Part shown: positions 46,747 through 56,614 of the stretch, piece after piece
Numbering within the stretch: position 1 is the first letter of the stretch
How the letters are laid out: each line of letters opens with the position of its first letter
Origin: Candidatus Omnitrophota bacterium
GTDB lineage: Bacteria; Omnitrophota; Gorgyraeia; Zapsychrales; Zapsychraceae
Length of the DNA stretch: 64,000 nucleotides
Direction: 5' to 3'
Assembly: GCA_015233115.1 (NCBI GenBank)
Contig: JADFYJ010000007.1
Coordinates: 40,885 to 104,884 of the forward strand
Program-made: the position numbers and the translations under genes
The notes under the pieces: model-generated
Told to the model about the DNA's origin: nothing
Seen by the model: only the letters and a program-made list of their open reading frames with translations
Database searches by the model: none

Positions 46747-49700
46747 ATGAATTTAAAAAATTTTAAACAAACTCAGTTTTTCCGTCTCATTGCTTGCTGG
46801 ATTTTATGCAATTTTTTAATTGCATCTTTTATGCCGCCGCAAGGGGCTTGGGCGCAGACTGTTCTGAATTTGCCAATTCCAGGCACAATGCTGACAACTA
46901 CGCCAGCATATACGCCAATCATGGTAAAAGGTCTGCAGATTCACCCTGAAAACCCGCTGTTATTCGATTTTATTGTTGATACAGGCAAGTCCGGGCTTAA
47001 AGTAGATAGCTCCAATTTTAAAACCGAATCTCAAAAACTTATTAAATATTTTTTAGCTTCCCTGACTATCAAAGAGGAAAATTTATGGGTCAACTTATCG
47101 CCCTATGAAAAAAACCGGATTATGCCTAAAGATTTGAGTCAAACCGAACTCGGACGGGATATGCTGGCGCAAGATTATATTTTAAAACAATTAACCGCGT
47201 CTTTAATTTATCCTGAAAAAGAATTAGGGAAAAAGTTTTGGGACGCCGTATATTTAAAAATTTATGAAAATAGAAGAGAGAAAATAGAAGATAGACCAAC
47301 ACCAAAAAACAAATCGACAACAACGATCGCTTCTAATCTATCTTCTCCCGTCTATCATCTATTATCTGATAATTTAGACCTTCCAACCAACATATTGAGC
47401 AAAGTCTGGATCGTGGCAGATAAAGCTAAAGTGCTTGAAAAAAACAATACAGCCTATATTGTCGGCGCACATCTAAAAGTGCTTTTGGATACCGATTATT
47501 TGGCAAAACAAATGGCACCGGCATCCAAAAGCACAGCCCAAGAACAAATAGAGCCGCAAATCATGCGTCAAATCATCATTCCTGAAATCGAACGCGAAGT
47601 GAACGAAGGCGCGCATTTCGCCCAATTACGCCAAATGTTTCATTCCATGATCTTGGCCGCTTGGTATAAACAAACCATTAAAAATTCACTGCTTAATCAA
47701 GTGTATAGCAATAAATCAAAAACAAATGGCGTTCAGGTTGACGATCTTGCTATTAAAGAAAAAATTTATCAGCAATATTTAGACGCTTATAAAAAAGGTG
47801 TGTTTAACTATATCAAAGAAGATTATGATTCTGCCAACCAGCAAATAACCTCCCGAAAATATTTCTCCGGAGGAGAAGATTTCGCGATGTTAAAAAATGT
47901 CGAACGAGAAACTAAACTTGTAAAAGGAGATCAAAATCCGGACGTCCCAATCGGTGATACCGCCTTGGTATCCTTTGATATTCAAAAAGCTACAAACCCT
48001 GATCGTGCCCTGCTCAACACTTCAGAGTTAACCATGTCCAAATTCTCGACCACAGAAGAACCGGGAATCAAAATTATTGATCATATTATATTTCATTGGG
48101 AAGGGAAAGAAGTGCTGTTGCTTTTAAATGCTGCCCAAAAAATAACTAAAGGGTATAGTTTAATTTATGATGTTTTTATTGATCAAAAAGCAACAAAAAC
48201 TCTGACCGTTCATCTTCATCCAGTAAATGATAAAATGATTGTTAAATCGTTTGATTATATTTTTGAAGAAAACAAAGACTTCGAAAACGTGCTTCATCAC
48301 TGGCTTAACTCACAAATACACTTACCCTGGGATGGCTCTTTCTTTTCTAAATCAACAACTGAACCAACAACTGCGCCAACTCCAGAACTAACGATTTATC
48401 CTAAAACCATATTGCCTAAAGCAACACATCACTTTACATTACAGCATGAAGCGTCTGCTATATTCGAAGAGCAAGGAACAGAACATCCGCTTAAACTTAC
48501 TATAGAAAGAGCTGATGAACGCTATCAGAAACATGTATATTTTGTCAAAAAAGAAAATGGCCATGGTGAACAATCCTATACCCTTCCTCACGAGCCTGAT
48601 GTAGCGGACAGCATTCCGGCTATTTTTTGGAGATACATAGGAGACAGTGATGAAACCGAAATTGTTTTTAACAATAAATCGACGAACCCGTTTATCATGA
48701 CCCTCACAAATCCCATTGATCAAGCCATGATGGATTCATCAAACGATTATTTAACAGCTAACCTGCCATTTTCAATAGCGGAAAGCATTGTTTCGACTGT
48801 TTTAAAACAAAAAAATTTTACTTGGCAAACTAAAGACAAATTAAAAAACGAATTGTTAAATTACATTATCCAACACGTGAATTCAGATAAATTAATAACT
48901 TTTGTAGAAAATGTCCTGACCAATGCTTTAACTCAATATGTCAGCATACCAGAAATTAATCCGCAAAATCCAGCAGAAACTGAGCATTGGCGCATTAATA
49001 ATGAACGAAAACGTCAGATTTTTGAATTTCTCCAAGGGATAAATTCTAGAATTGTAAAAATCGGCCGTTTAAGTGATAAAAAAATTGCTGTCAGCCTTTG
49101 GATCACTCCCATTATTGCCAAACAAACTCAATTTGAACCATATTTTGCTGAAAATATTTTATGGTCCCAAGTGGCATCTGGTGTCGCAGAACAGACTATT
49201 CGTAACCTCCAAGATAGTTTTGTTAAATTAAAATTATTTGATATTAAAAACGACAAACTAACGCTTTCCACTATTAGTAAAAACGAACATGATGAAAATA
49301 TACGCATCTTAAATTTTGATTCCCCTGAAAACTCTGCTAAATTGGAGATTCGCTATAAAGATCCTGAGATGAATGGCAAAGGGGAGAGATCATTATCTTA
49401 CAAATTTATTGTCAAAGGCCAACCCCGAGCTATAAAATTTATTAAAATATTTTCAAATAAAGAAGAAGCAAGGCAAATATTTGACTACCAATATCTGCCC
49501 AATAGACCTACGGATAAAACGTTGAAGTTATTGACAACAGACATACTTTTTCATGGAAAAATGATAGACGCGGCTATGGCCGCTAAAGCAGAAATAAAAC
49601 AAATCAATGGCGGCATTGATCTCAATTCCAAAAATATGAGCATAGATATTACTAACCCTTTGACTATCTCAGGGTCTAAGCCTCTGATTAAATTTGACCC

Positions 49701-49788
49701 GGGTATGATCGCGGAATTTGAAGCTGGCGATTTTTCAGGGGTAACTTTTAAGATAATCAGCATCATACCCATTCAAAATACCCTTTGA
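46747..49788 (+). CDS. Secreted protein with conserved N-domain and variable C-region (paralog of 62723)
   Basis: Signal peptide; HPENPLLFDFI, LIKYFLASLT, WVNLSPYE, GRDMLAQDYILKQLTASL, RKYFSGG shared with 62723; C-terminal GGIDLN. Confidence 0.8.
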   Translation: MNLKNFKQTQFFRLIACWILCNFLIASFMPPQGAWAQTVLNLPIPGTMLTTTPAYTPIMVKGLQIHPENPLLFDFIVDTGKSGLKVDSSNFKTESQKLIKYFLASLTIKEENLWVNLSPYEKNRIMPKDLSQTELGRDMLAQDYILKQLTASLIYPEKELGKKFWDAVYLKIYENRREKIEDRPTPKNKSTTTIASNLSSPVYHLLSDNLDLPTNILSKVWIVADKAKVLEKNNTAYIVGAHLKVLLDTDYLAKQMAPASKSTAQEQIEPQIMRQIIIPEIEREVNEGAHFAQLRQMFHSMILAAWYKQTIKNSLLNQVYSNKSKTNGVQVDDLAIKEKIYQQYLDAYKKGVFNYIKEDYDSANQQITSRKYFSGGEDFAMLKNVERETKLVKGDQNPDVPIGDTALVSFDIQKATNPDRALLNTSELTMSKFSTTEEPGIKIIDHIIFHWEGKEVLLLLNAAQKITKGYSLIYDVFIDQKATKTLTVHLHPVNDKMIVKSFDYIFEENKDFENVLHHWLNSQIHLPWDGSFFSKSTTEPTTAPTPELTIYPKTILPKATHHFTLQHEASAIFEEQGTEHPLKLTIERADERYQKHVYFVKKENGHGEQSYTLPHEPDVADSIPAIFWRYIGDSDETEIVFNNKSTNPFIMTLTNPIDQAMMDSSNDYLTANLPFSIAESIVSTVLKQKNFTWQTKDKLKNELLNYIIQHVNSDKLITFVENVLTNALTQYVSIPEINPQNPAETEHWRINNERKRQIFEFLQGINSRIVKIGRLSDKKIAVSLWITPIIAKQTQFEPYFAENILWSQVASGVAEQTIRNLQDSFVKLKLFDIKNDKLTLSTISKNEHDENIRILNFDSPENSAKLEIRYKDPEMNGKGERSLSYKFIVKGQPRAIKFIKIFSNKEEARQIFDYQYLPNRPTDKTLKLLTTDILFHGKMIDAAMAAKAEIKQINGGIDLNSKNMSIDITNPLTISGSKPLIKFDPGMIAEFEAGDFSGVTFKIISIIPIQNTL
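47266..47368. repeat. GAAGATA/TATCTTC heptamer inverted-arm element inside the coding frame
   Basis: gaaaata gaagaga gaaaata gaagata gac ... tctaatc tatcttc tcccgtc tatcatc tattatc; segment absent from the paralog. Confidence 0.75.
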
Positions 49789-49822
49789 CCCCTAATTACG
49801 AATTTTAATTCGTAATTGGGGT
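49788..49822 (+). terminator. Stem-loop directly after the stop codon
   Basis: acccc-t-aattacgaatt-tt-aattcgtaatt-ggggt then ttt. Confidence 0.55.
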
Positions 49823-49971
49823 TTGACTTAATCCGACAAGTTTTCTTTTGCATTTATGCGATAATTTTGTATAATAACGATCATTTTTTTGATAGAGTAT
49901 ATATCCATTAACAAGTAATAATAATTAAATTAAAATTATATCTGGACAAGTCATAGACCTGTCCAAAAAAT

Positions 49972-50163
49972 AGGACTGTTGAAAAATGCTTAGATACAAG
50001 GCATTTTCTGAATGAGCGCGGAGGCCGTTTTTCTGGATATGTTATTGAAACCGGCACTACGCTAAGATATTAAATATTTATATCTTTTGTCGACGTACAA
50101 TAGTTATATATTGATAGGCGAATGAAGAAATAACGCCGTAGATAAGCGTTTTGCAACAGTCCT
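49972..50163. mobile_element. Non-autonomous MITE-like element (about 190 bp)
   Basis: 21-bp imperfect terminal inverted repeats aggactgttgaaaaatgctta / taagcgttttgcaacagtcct; no ORF. Confidence 0.7.
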
Positions 50164-50167
50164 TTAT

Positions 50168-50223
50168 CGGAGCGTAGCCCATTCGACTGCGCTCAGGACA
50201 TTACTAAACGACAATTTTTTAAA
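50168..50223 (+). mobile_element. 56-bp element duplicating the 5' 11 nt of tRNA-Pro
   Basis: cggagcgtagc + ccattcgactgcgctcaggac + AT-rich spacer, then the intact tRNA. Confidence 0.7.
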
Positions 50224-50297
50224 CGGAGCGTAGCGCAGCTGGCTAGCGCACTAGTATGGGGTACTAGTGGTCGAGAGTTCGAATCTCTCCGCTCCGA
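50224..50297 (+). tRNA. tRNA-Pro(GGG)
   Basis: CGGAGCG/CGCTCCG, ctagt-atggggt-actag, GTTCGAAT. Confidence 0.93.
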
Positions 50298-50305
50298 CTT
50301 TTTCA

Positions 50306-50340
50306 ACTTTGTACTCTCTACTTTGCGTACTCTGTACTTT
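50306..50340 (+). repeat. Unpaired CTGTACT-type right arm
   Basis: actttgt actctct actttgc gtactctgt acttt; same family as 37566-37600. Confidence 0.7.
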
Positions 50341-50362
50341 AACCTTCAGAAAAGGATGTCCT

Positions 50363-50782
50363 ATGGGATTCTTTGGAAAAGAAACACCTAAAAGCCCGAG
50401 CTCTGATAATCACATTGACAGACGGCATTATCCCAGATTTCAAAAAAATTTTATTTTGAAATATTTTCCTAAAGATAACCCCGCAGATAAAATTGAAACA
50501 ACTCAGCTAAAAAATATCAGCTTTGGAGGGATGTGTTTTATTACCTGCCGAAGATTTGATAAGGGCACAGAACTGCTTCTGGAATTACAAACACCTTATC
50601 TTTCTGAAGTCACTTATTTAGAAGGAGAAGTTCAAGAATCACGTCAAAAAGTTTCGGATATACTATTTGAAACACGTTTAAGTTTAAAAAATATGACCCC
50701 ACAGGCAGAATTTCTGATCGGCAAAATGGTTGAGTTCTTCGCCAATGAAGAAAAGAAAAAAAAGGCAGAAAACCATGAATAA
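50363..50782 (+). CDS. PilZ domain protein
   Basis: RRHYPR and NISFGG c-di-GMP motifs; start reassigned to ATG 50363. Confidence 0.85.
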   Translation: MGFFGKETPKSPSSDNHIDRRHYPRFQKNFILKYFPKDNPADKIETTQLKNISFGGMCFITCRRFDKGTELLLELQTPYLSEVTYLEGEVQESRQKVSDILFETRLSLKNMTPQAEFLIGKMVEFFANEEKKKKAENHE

Positions 50783-52064
50783 AATCAATATCGGTCTTAT
50801 TGGCTTTGGAACAGTCGGTTCCGGGGTCGTAGAGTTTCTTCACACGAAAAAATCTTATATAGCCAATAAATACAACACAGAATTTACGGTTAAAACTGTA
50901 TGCGACTTGTACATTACGCCAGATAAAGTGAAAAAATTCGGAAAAATCAAGACTACAAAAAAATATCAGGAAATCCTCGAAGATCCGGAAATTGATGTGG
51001 TCGTTGAACTGATCGGCGGATTGCATCCAGCCAAAGAAATTGTATTTGGCTCGCTCAATAATGGTAAAGATGTGGTCACGGCTAACAAAGCTTTAATTTC
51101 GCATCACGGGAAAGAATTATTCGAACTTGCTCAGCAAAACGGATTACGACTGTTTTTTGAATCAGCAGTCATGGCGGGTGTACCGACCATTAAAACTGTT
51201 ACTGAAGGCATTATTGGCAATGAATTTAACGGGATCTACGGCATTTTAAACGGTACTTGCAATTATATTCTGACTCAAATGTCAGATAACAACTGTTCTT
51301 TCCCAGACGCGCTTAAGAAAGCTCAGGAGAAAGGTTATGCCGAAGCCGACCCTACGCTCGACATCAGCGGAGGGGACACAGCGCATAAACTTTTAATTAT
51401 GGCCTACTTGGCTTTTGGGAAATTTATCAAATTCAATGAAATTTATACAGAAGGTATTTCGCAAATCTCGCAGAACGATATTGAATACGCGGAACGTTTA
51501 GGTTTAACCATTAAATTATTAGCCATAGCCAAAAAAGTAAATAATACCATTGAAGCACGAGTTCATCCAACGTTGATTCCCAAAGAGCATCCTTTGGCAT
51601 CAATCAATAGCGTCTTTAATGGCATGTTATTAGACTCAGACATGCTGGGTAAAGTGCTATTATCTGGGGAAGGCGCAGGCAAAATGGCAGCCGCTTCAGG
51701 CGTAGTCAGTGACCTCATCAATTTAGCGCATAATCCGGCTCAGCCGATTTTGTCCAATTTAACATATGAAAATAAAGCCTTAACCGTAAAGAAGATCGAC
51801 GATGTGATCAGCAAATTTTATTTACGTTTGCTCGCTGTTAATAAACCCGGCGTTTTATCAAAAATTACCGGAATATTAGGTAAACACGACATCAGCATCA
51901 ATTCTGTGACGCAAAAAGAACAAGACGCCAAATCACCGGTTCCGGTTATTATGCTGACAGACAGCACCTCTGAACGAAATATGCGCAACGCTCTAAAAGA
52001 AATTGAAAAAATGGCTGTAATCAAAAGCAAGCCGGTAGCGATTAGAATGGAGACTTTACAATGA
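50775..52064 (+). CDS. hom: Homoserine dehydrogenase with ACT domain
   Basis: [27 protein letters not shown]; start ATG 50775. Confidence 0.95.
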   Translation: MNKINIGLIGFGTVGSGVVEFLHTKKSYIANKYNTEFTVKTVCDLYITPDKVKKFGKIKTTKKYQEILEDPEIDVVVELIGGLHPAKEIVFGSLNNGKDVVTANKALISHHGKELFELAQQNGLRLFFESAVMAGVPTIKTVTEGIIGNEFNGIYGILNGTCNYILTQMSDNNCSFPDALKKAQEKGYAEADPTLDISGGDTAHKLLIMAYLAFGKFIKFNEIYTEGISQISQNDIEYAERLGLTIKLLAIAKKVNNTIEARVHPTLIPKEHPLASINSVFNGMLLDSDMLGKVLLSGEGAGKMAAASGVVSDLINLAHNPAQPILSNLTYENKALTVKKIDDVISKFYLRLLAVNKPGVLSKITGILGKHDISINSVTQKEQDAKSPVPVIMLTDSTSERNMRNALKEIEKMAVIKSKPVAIRMETLQ

Positions 52065-53113
52065 AGTGGACAGGTTTAATTAATAAATACCGTGAATTTT
52101 TACCCGTCACAGATAAAACTCCGGTTGTCACTTTAAATGAAGGAAACACGCCGCTCATTTCATCTCCATACTTTTCTTCTCTAACCGGCATGGAAGTTTA
52201 TTTAAAATATGAAGGGCTTAACCCAACCGGATCATTTAAAGACCGCGGTATGACCATGGCGATTTCCAAAGCTAAAGAAGAAGGCGTTAAAGCGGTCATG
52301 TGCGCGTCAACCGGCAATACCTCTGCATCAGCGTCCGCTTACGCGGCGAGGGCAGGGATGAAAAGTTTTGTGCTGATCCCAGACGGCAATATCGCGCTCG
52401 GCAAACTCGCGCAAGCCATGATTCACAATGCCACGGTTATTGCCATCAAAGGCAATTTTGATCAGGCCCTGGAAATGGTGGTAGAGGTCACTAAAAAATA
52501 TCCAATCGCGTTAGTTAATTCGATCAATCCGTTCCGTATTGAAGGACAAAAAACCGCAGCTTTTGAAATTTGCGATTTTCTGGATGATGCGCCTGAGTTC
52601 CATGCCATTCCAGTCGGAAATGCCGGCAATATTACGGCCTATTGGAAAGGTTATAAAGAATATAAACAAGTTGGAAAATCAAAACAGCTTCCCAAAATGC
52701 TGGGATTTCAGGCCGCAGGTTCCGCGCCGATAGTACTTGGTCATCCGGTTAAGAAACCTGAAACCATTGCCACAGCGATTAAAATTGGCAATCCGGCCAG
52801 CTGGAAATTTGCTGAAGCCGCGCGCGATGAGTCCAAAGGTTTAATTGACATGGTCACAGACGATGAAATTTTGGAAGCTTATAAACTTTTAGCCAAATTC
52901 GACGGAGTTTTTGCTGAACCGGCATCAGCCGCATCCGTTGCTGGCATCATTAAATTGAATAAAAGCGGGTATTTTAAAGGCCAAAAAGGGCGTATCGTGT
53001 GCACATTAACCGGCCACGGCTTAAAAGATCCCAATATCGCGTTAAAATGCGTTGGTGAACCAATGGTCATTAATCCTGACATGAACGAACTTATAAAAAC
53101 TATCGGAATATAA
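52061..53113 (+). CDS. thrC: Threonine synthase
   Basis: [31 protein letters not shown]. Confidence 0.95.
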   Translation: MKWTGLINKYREFLPVTDKTPVVTLNEGNTPLISSPYFSSLTGMEVYLKYEGLNPTGSFKDRGMTMAISKAKEEGVKAVMCASTGNTSASASAYAARAGMKSFVLIPDGNIALGKLAQAMIHNATVIAIKGNFDQALEMVVEVTKKYPIALVNSINPFRIEGQKTAAFEICDFLDDAPEFHAIPVGNAGNITAYWKGYKEYKQVGKSKQLPKMLGFQAAGSAPIVLGHPVKKPETIATAIKIGNPASWKFAEAARDESKGLIDMVTDDEILEAYKLLAKFDGVFAEPASAASVAGIIKLNKSGYFKGQKGRIVCTLTGHGLKDPNIALKCVGEPMVINPDMNELIKTIGI

Positions 53114-53116
53114 AAA

Positions 53117-53334
53117 GTCACAAAGACACAAAGTCACAAGGTCACAAAGGGAAATAAAGATAATAAAAGCAATTAATAAAAAAAATGCAAACATTTAAAT
53201 TATTAAGAAGTCGCGTTTAGTTTTTCATAAAATTTAAACAAATACTTTTTTGAAAGCGAATATAGATTTAATTTTTGTTATTCTATTTTTCATTTCTTAA
53301 ACATTGTGACTTTGTGACCTTGTGTCTTTGTGAC
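53117..53334. repeat. GTCACAAA/TTTGTGAC octamer inverted-arm element
   Basis: gtcacaaa gacacaaa gtcacaag gtcacaaa ... ttgtgac tttgtgac cttgtgtc tttgtgac. Confidence 0.9.
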
Positions 53335-53342
53335 CTCTAAAT

Positions 53343-53993
53343 ATGCAAAATAAATCTGTTCTTATTACTTGCGGCCCAACCTGGACGCCGATTGATGACA
53401 TGCGGGTGATCAGCAATAAATCGAGCGGAACGCTGGGGCATATCCTTGCGGATTTATTCTGCAAAAAAGGATTTAAAGTTACTTTGCTGGAAGGACCGGT
53501 GCAGGAGAGGATGAAACCGGTAAAGAATCTAACGATTATCCCATTTCAGTATTATAGCGAATTTCGCGCGGAACTTTTAAAAGCGCTTAAACAAAATTTT
53601 GATATTGTCGTGCACGCGGCAGCTGTGTCTGATTATCAATTAAAGAAACCATTTAACCAAAAAGTCAGTTCTCATTTAAAGGAACTTAAACTCACTTTAG
53701 TGCCGACGGAAAAATTGATTTCTTTGATCAAACAGAAAAGCCCAAAAAGTTGTCTGGTAGGATTTAAGCTGGAATCATCAATTGCCGCAAAATCCGCCAT
53801 TAGAAAAACTGAAGATTTATTTAACCAGGCGCAATGTGATTTAGTCATTTTAAATTCATTAACCGGAAACAAATATTACGGCGTAATTTTAAACAAAAAC
53901 CGCGAAATCCTCGCACAAGCATCAAGCCGCGAAGAAATCGCGAATCACTTGATCAAAATTTTTAACCAAAAACCAACAAATAACGACCTGTAG
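53343..53993 (+). CDS. coaB: Stand-alone phosphopantothenate-cysteine ligase (CoaB domain only)
   Basis: ITCGPT..ID.MRVISNKSSG, AAAVSDY, VGFKLE; no N-terminal CoaC flavoprotein. Confidence 0.8.
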   Translation: MQNKSVLITCGPTWTPIDDMRVISNKSSGTLGHILADLFCKKGFKVTLLEGPVQERMKPVKNLTIIPFQYYSEFRAELLKALKQNFDIVVHAAAVSDYQLKKPFNQKVSSHLKELKLTLVPTEKLISLIKQKSPKSCLVGFKLESSIAAKSAIRKTEDLFNQAQCDLVILNSLTGNKYYGVILNKNREILAQASSREEIANHLIKIFNQKPTNNDL

Positions 53994-54054
53994 ATTTTTA
54001 TATTTTATTTTTTGACCAAAAACCATCAACCAAAAACCATTAGATTTTTATATT
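53961..54054 (+). repeat. Approximately 50-bp direct duplication of an ACCAAAA arm plus TAGATTTTTATATT
   Basis: tttaaccaaaaaccaacaa..tagatttttatatt and tttgaccaaaaaccatcaa..tagatttttatatt. Confidence 0.7.
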
Positions 54055-54057
54055 AAA

Positions 54058-55260
54058 ATGAAATACATCGTAATCGTTCCAGACGGCATGACAGATCTGC
54101 CGATTGAATCTTTAGGCGGTAAAACACCGCTGCAAGCTGCCCGTACCACGAATATGGACTATATGGCACAGCATGGTATGTGCGGCATGGTACAGACTAT
54201 TCCGCAAGGGATGCAGCCAGGATCTGATGTCGGCAACATGTCTTTAATGGGCTATGATCCACTCGAATACCATCCGGGCCGGGCGCCTTTGGAAGCCGCC
54301 AGCATGAATATAGAGCTTCAGCCTGAAGAGGTTGCTTTCCGCTGCAATTTAATTACCATGAGCGATCATGTCATGAAAGATTACAGCGCCGGCCATATCA
54401 AAGATAAAGAAGCCAATGTCCTTATTGAATCTCTCAGTAAAGAAATTGATCTTCCTTTTGGAAAATTTTACGCCGGAAAAAGTTACCGTCATTTACTCGT
54501 TTTAAAAGTAAGAGACCCGGAAGCATTTTGCACGATTACTACTGTGCCGCCGCATGATATTTTAAATCAGGATATCCGCGATTACGCGCCTAAAGGGCCG
54601 CATGCGGAGGTTCTGATCAGCATCATGGAACGGGCTTACGCGATTTTACAAAAACATCCTATCAATGATGTCAGGATCGATCTGAAAGAAAATCCGGCGA
54701 ATATGATCTGGTTATGGGGCCAAGGCATGAAACCCCAGCTTCCTAATTTTAAAGAAAAATTTGGATTAACCGGCGGAGTCATTTCCGCGGTAGATCTTGT
54801 CAGAGGCATCGGGAAATTAGCCGGCCTGGAGATTATTGACGTCCCAGGCATAAATGGTTATTATGATACAAATTATCTGGGTAAAGCTGAATACGCCCTT
54901 AAGGCTCTGGAAAAAAATAATTTTGTTTTTATCCACATTGAAGCACCGGATGAAGCTGGTCACAATGGCGATATCGAAAATAAAATTTTATCTTTAGAAA
55001 AAATTGATCAAGATGTTATCGGAACAATCCTTAACCGCGTTGATCCTCATGACACCCGAATCTTGGTCGTTGCGGATCACCCGACTCCGGTAGAAGTACG
55101 CACGCATACGTCTGAACCCGTTAATTTCTTGATGTTTGGAAAAGGCTTTGAACCAAACGGTGCCCCTGATTATTCAGAAAAATCATGCTCAGAACGCGAT
55201 TTAAAATTTGCTAACGGCGAAGACATGTTAAACTTTTTTATAAAAAAATATTTAGACTAA
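54058..55260 (+). CDS. apgM: ApgM-family cofactor-independent phosphoglycerate mutase / proposed homoserine kinase
   Basis: DGMTD, GKTPL, PGSDV, EAPDEAGH, DHPTP..HT. Confidence 0.88.
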   Translation: MKYIVIVPDGMTDLPIESLGGKTPLQAARTTNMDYMAQHGMCGMVQTIPQGMQPGSDVGNMSLMGYDPLEYHPGRAPLEAASMNIELQPEEVAFRCNLITMSDHVMKDYSAGHIKDKEANVLIESLSKEIDLPFGKFYAGKSYRHLLVLKVRDPEAFCTITTVPPHDILNQDIRDYAPKGPHAEVLISIMERAYAILQKHPINDVRIDLKENPANMIWLWGQGMKPQLPNFKEKFGLTGGVISAVDLVRGIGKLAGLEIIDVPGINGYYDTNYLGKAEYALKALEKNNFVFIHIEAPDEAGHNGDIENKILSLEKIDQDVIGTILNRVDPHDTRILVVADHPTPVEVRTHTSEPVNFLMFGKGFEPNGAPDYSEKSCSERDLKFANGEDMLNFFIKKYLD

Positions 55261-55288
55261 ATCCGAATTAAAGAAGAAAGGAAGACGC

Positions 55289-56512
55289 ATGGCAAAGAAG
55301 TCTATTGTGGTAATGAAATTCGGCGGCTCTTCCGTCGCTAATGTCGAGCGCATGCAGAACGTCGCGCGCAGAATAGTCGAGACCAAGACCAAGAATACTA
55401 ATGTCGCGGTCGTGGTTTCCGCGATGGGGGATACGACGGATGAATTTGAAGAATTGGCATTTAAATTAAGCAAAAATCCTCCAGTGCGCGAAATGGACAT
55501 GCTGATGTCAACCGGCGAGCAAATTTCCTCTGCACTGTTGGCGATCGCGGTTAAAGAATTAGGACACGACGCGGTTTCTTTTAACGGGAACCAGGTGGGT
55601 ATTGTGACTGATACTAATCATTCCAAAGCCATGATCCAAACGATCAGCGGGGCACGGATTAAGGACGCGTTTAAAGATAATAAAATTGTTATTGTGGCCG
55701 GTTTTCAAGGCATGACGGAAAACAATGAAATCACCACACTCGGCCGCGGCGGATCAGATTTGACGGCAGTTGCGTTGGCTAAAGCTTTGGATGCGGATGT
55801 CTGCGAAATTTATACAGATGTAACTGGCATTTATACGACGGATCCGCGCATTGTCAAAGAAGCGCGTAAACTCAAACAAATCACTTTTGACGAAATGTTG
55901 GAAATGGCTTCTCTAGGGGCGCAAGTTATGCAAGCGCGTTCTATTGAAGTTGCCAAAAGGTTTAACATACCGCTCCATGTTCGCTCAAGTTTAAGTAAGG
56001 AGGAAGGAACCATGATCGTGAAGAAATTAGAAAAAATTGAAGACATTTGCGTCACCGGCGTTACCTTAAATAAAAATGAAGCGAAGATTACAATTTGCGC
56101 GGTTCCGGATAAACCCGGCATTGCCGCCCAGATTTTCGACGAAGTTTCCAAAGCGGATGTTAACGTTGACCTGATTGTCCAGAACGTCAGCCGCGATAAG
56201 ACGACAGATATTTCTTTTACAGTGCCAAAATCTGAATTAGCAAAAGCGACGGCAGCCACTCGCAAGATTTCTGATAAAATCGGTGCTGGTGATGTACTTG
56301 AAGCGAGCAATATTGCCCGCGTATCCATTGTCGGTTCTGGCATGCGCTCTCATCACGGAATTGCAGCCGCCATGTTTAAAACTTTGGCAGACAATAAAAT
56401 CAACATTGATATGATTTCGACGTCAGAAATCAGTATTCAGTGCATCATCAATAAGGAAGACGCGGAAAAAGCTGTCAGTGTTTTGCATAAAGCGTTTGAA
56501 TTAGAAAAATAA
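55289..56512 (+). CDS. lysC: Aspartate kinase
   Basis: KFGGSS, VVSAMG, TTLGRGGSD, two ACT domains. Confidence 0.95.
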   Translation: MAKKSIVVMKFGGSSVANVERMQNVARRIVETKTKNTNVAVVVSAMGDTTDEFEELAFKLSKNPPVREMDMLMSTGEQISSALLAIAVKELGHDAVSFNGNQVGIVTDTNHSKAMIQTISGARIKDAFKDNKIVIVAGFQGMTENNEITTLGRGGSDLTAVALAKALDADVCEIYTDVTGIYTTDPRIVKEARKLKQITFDEMLEMASLGAQVMQARSIEVAKRFNIPLHVRSSLSKEEGTMIVKKLEKIEDICVTGVTLNKNEAKITICAVPDKPGIAAQIFDEVSKADVNVDLIVQNVSRDKTTDISFTVPKSELAKATAATRKISDKIGAGDVLEASNIARVSIVGSGMRSHHGIAAAMFKTLADNKINIDMISTSEISIQCIINKEDAEKAVSVLHKAFELEK

Positions 56513-56519
56513 TAAAAAC

Positions 56520-56612
56520 AGTATGTGGCATGTCGTATGTAGTATGTAGTAAAAAAAGCGATTGGTTTATAAAATTAACAACCAAAAACCAACAACCAAA
56601 AACCATAAACCC
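56520..56612 (+). repeat. Hybrid element: TAGTATG left arm plus ACCAAAA right arm
   Basis: agtatgt ggcatgt cgtatgt agtatgt agta ... accaaaa accaaca accaaaa accataa acc, ending just before the cimA ATG. Confidence 0.8.
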
Positions 56613-56614
56613 AA

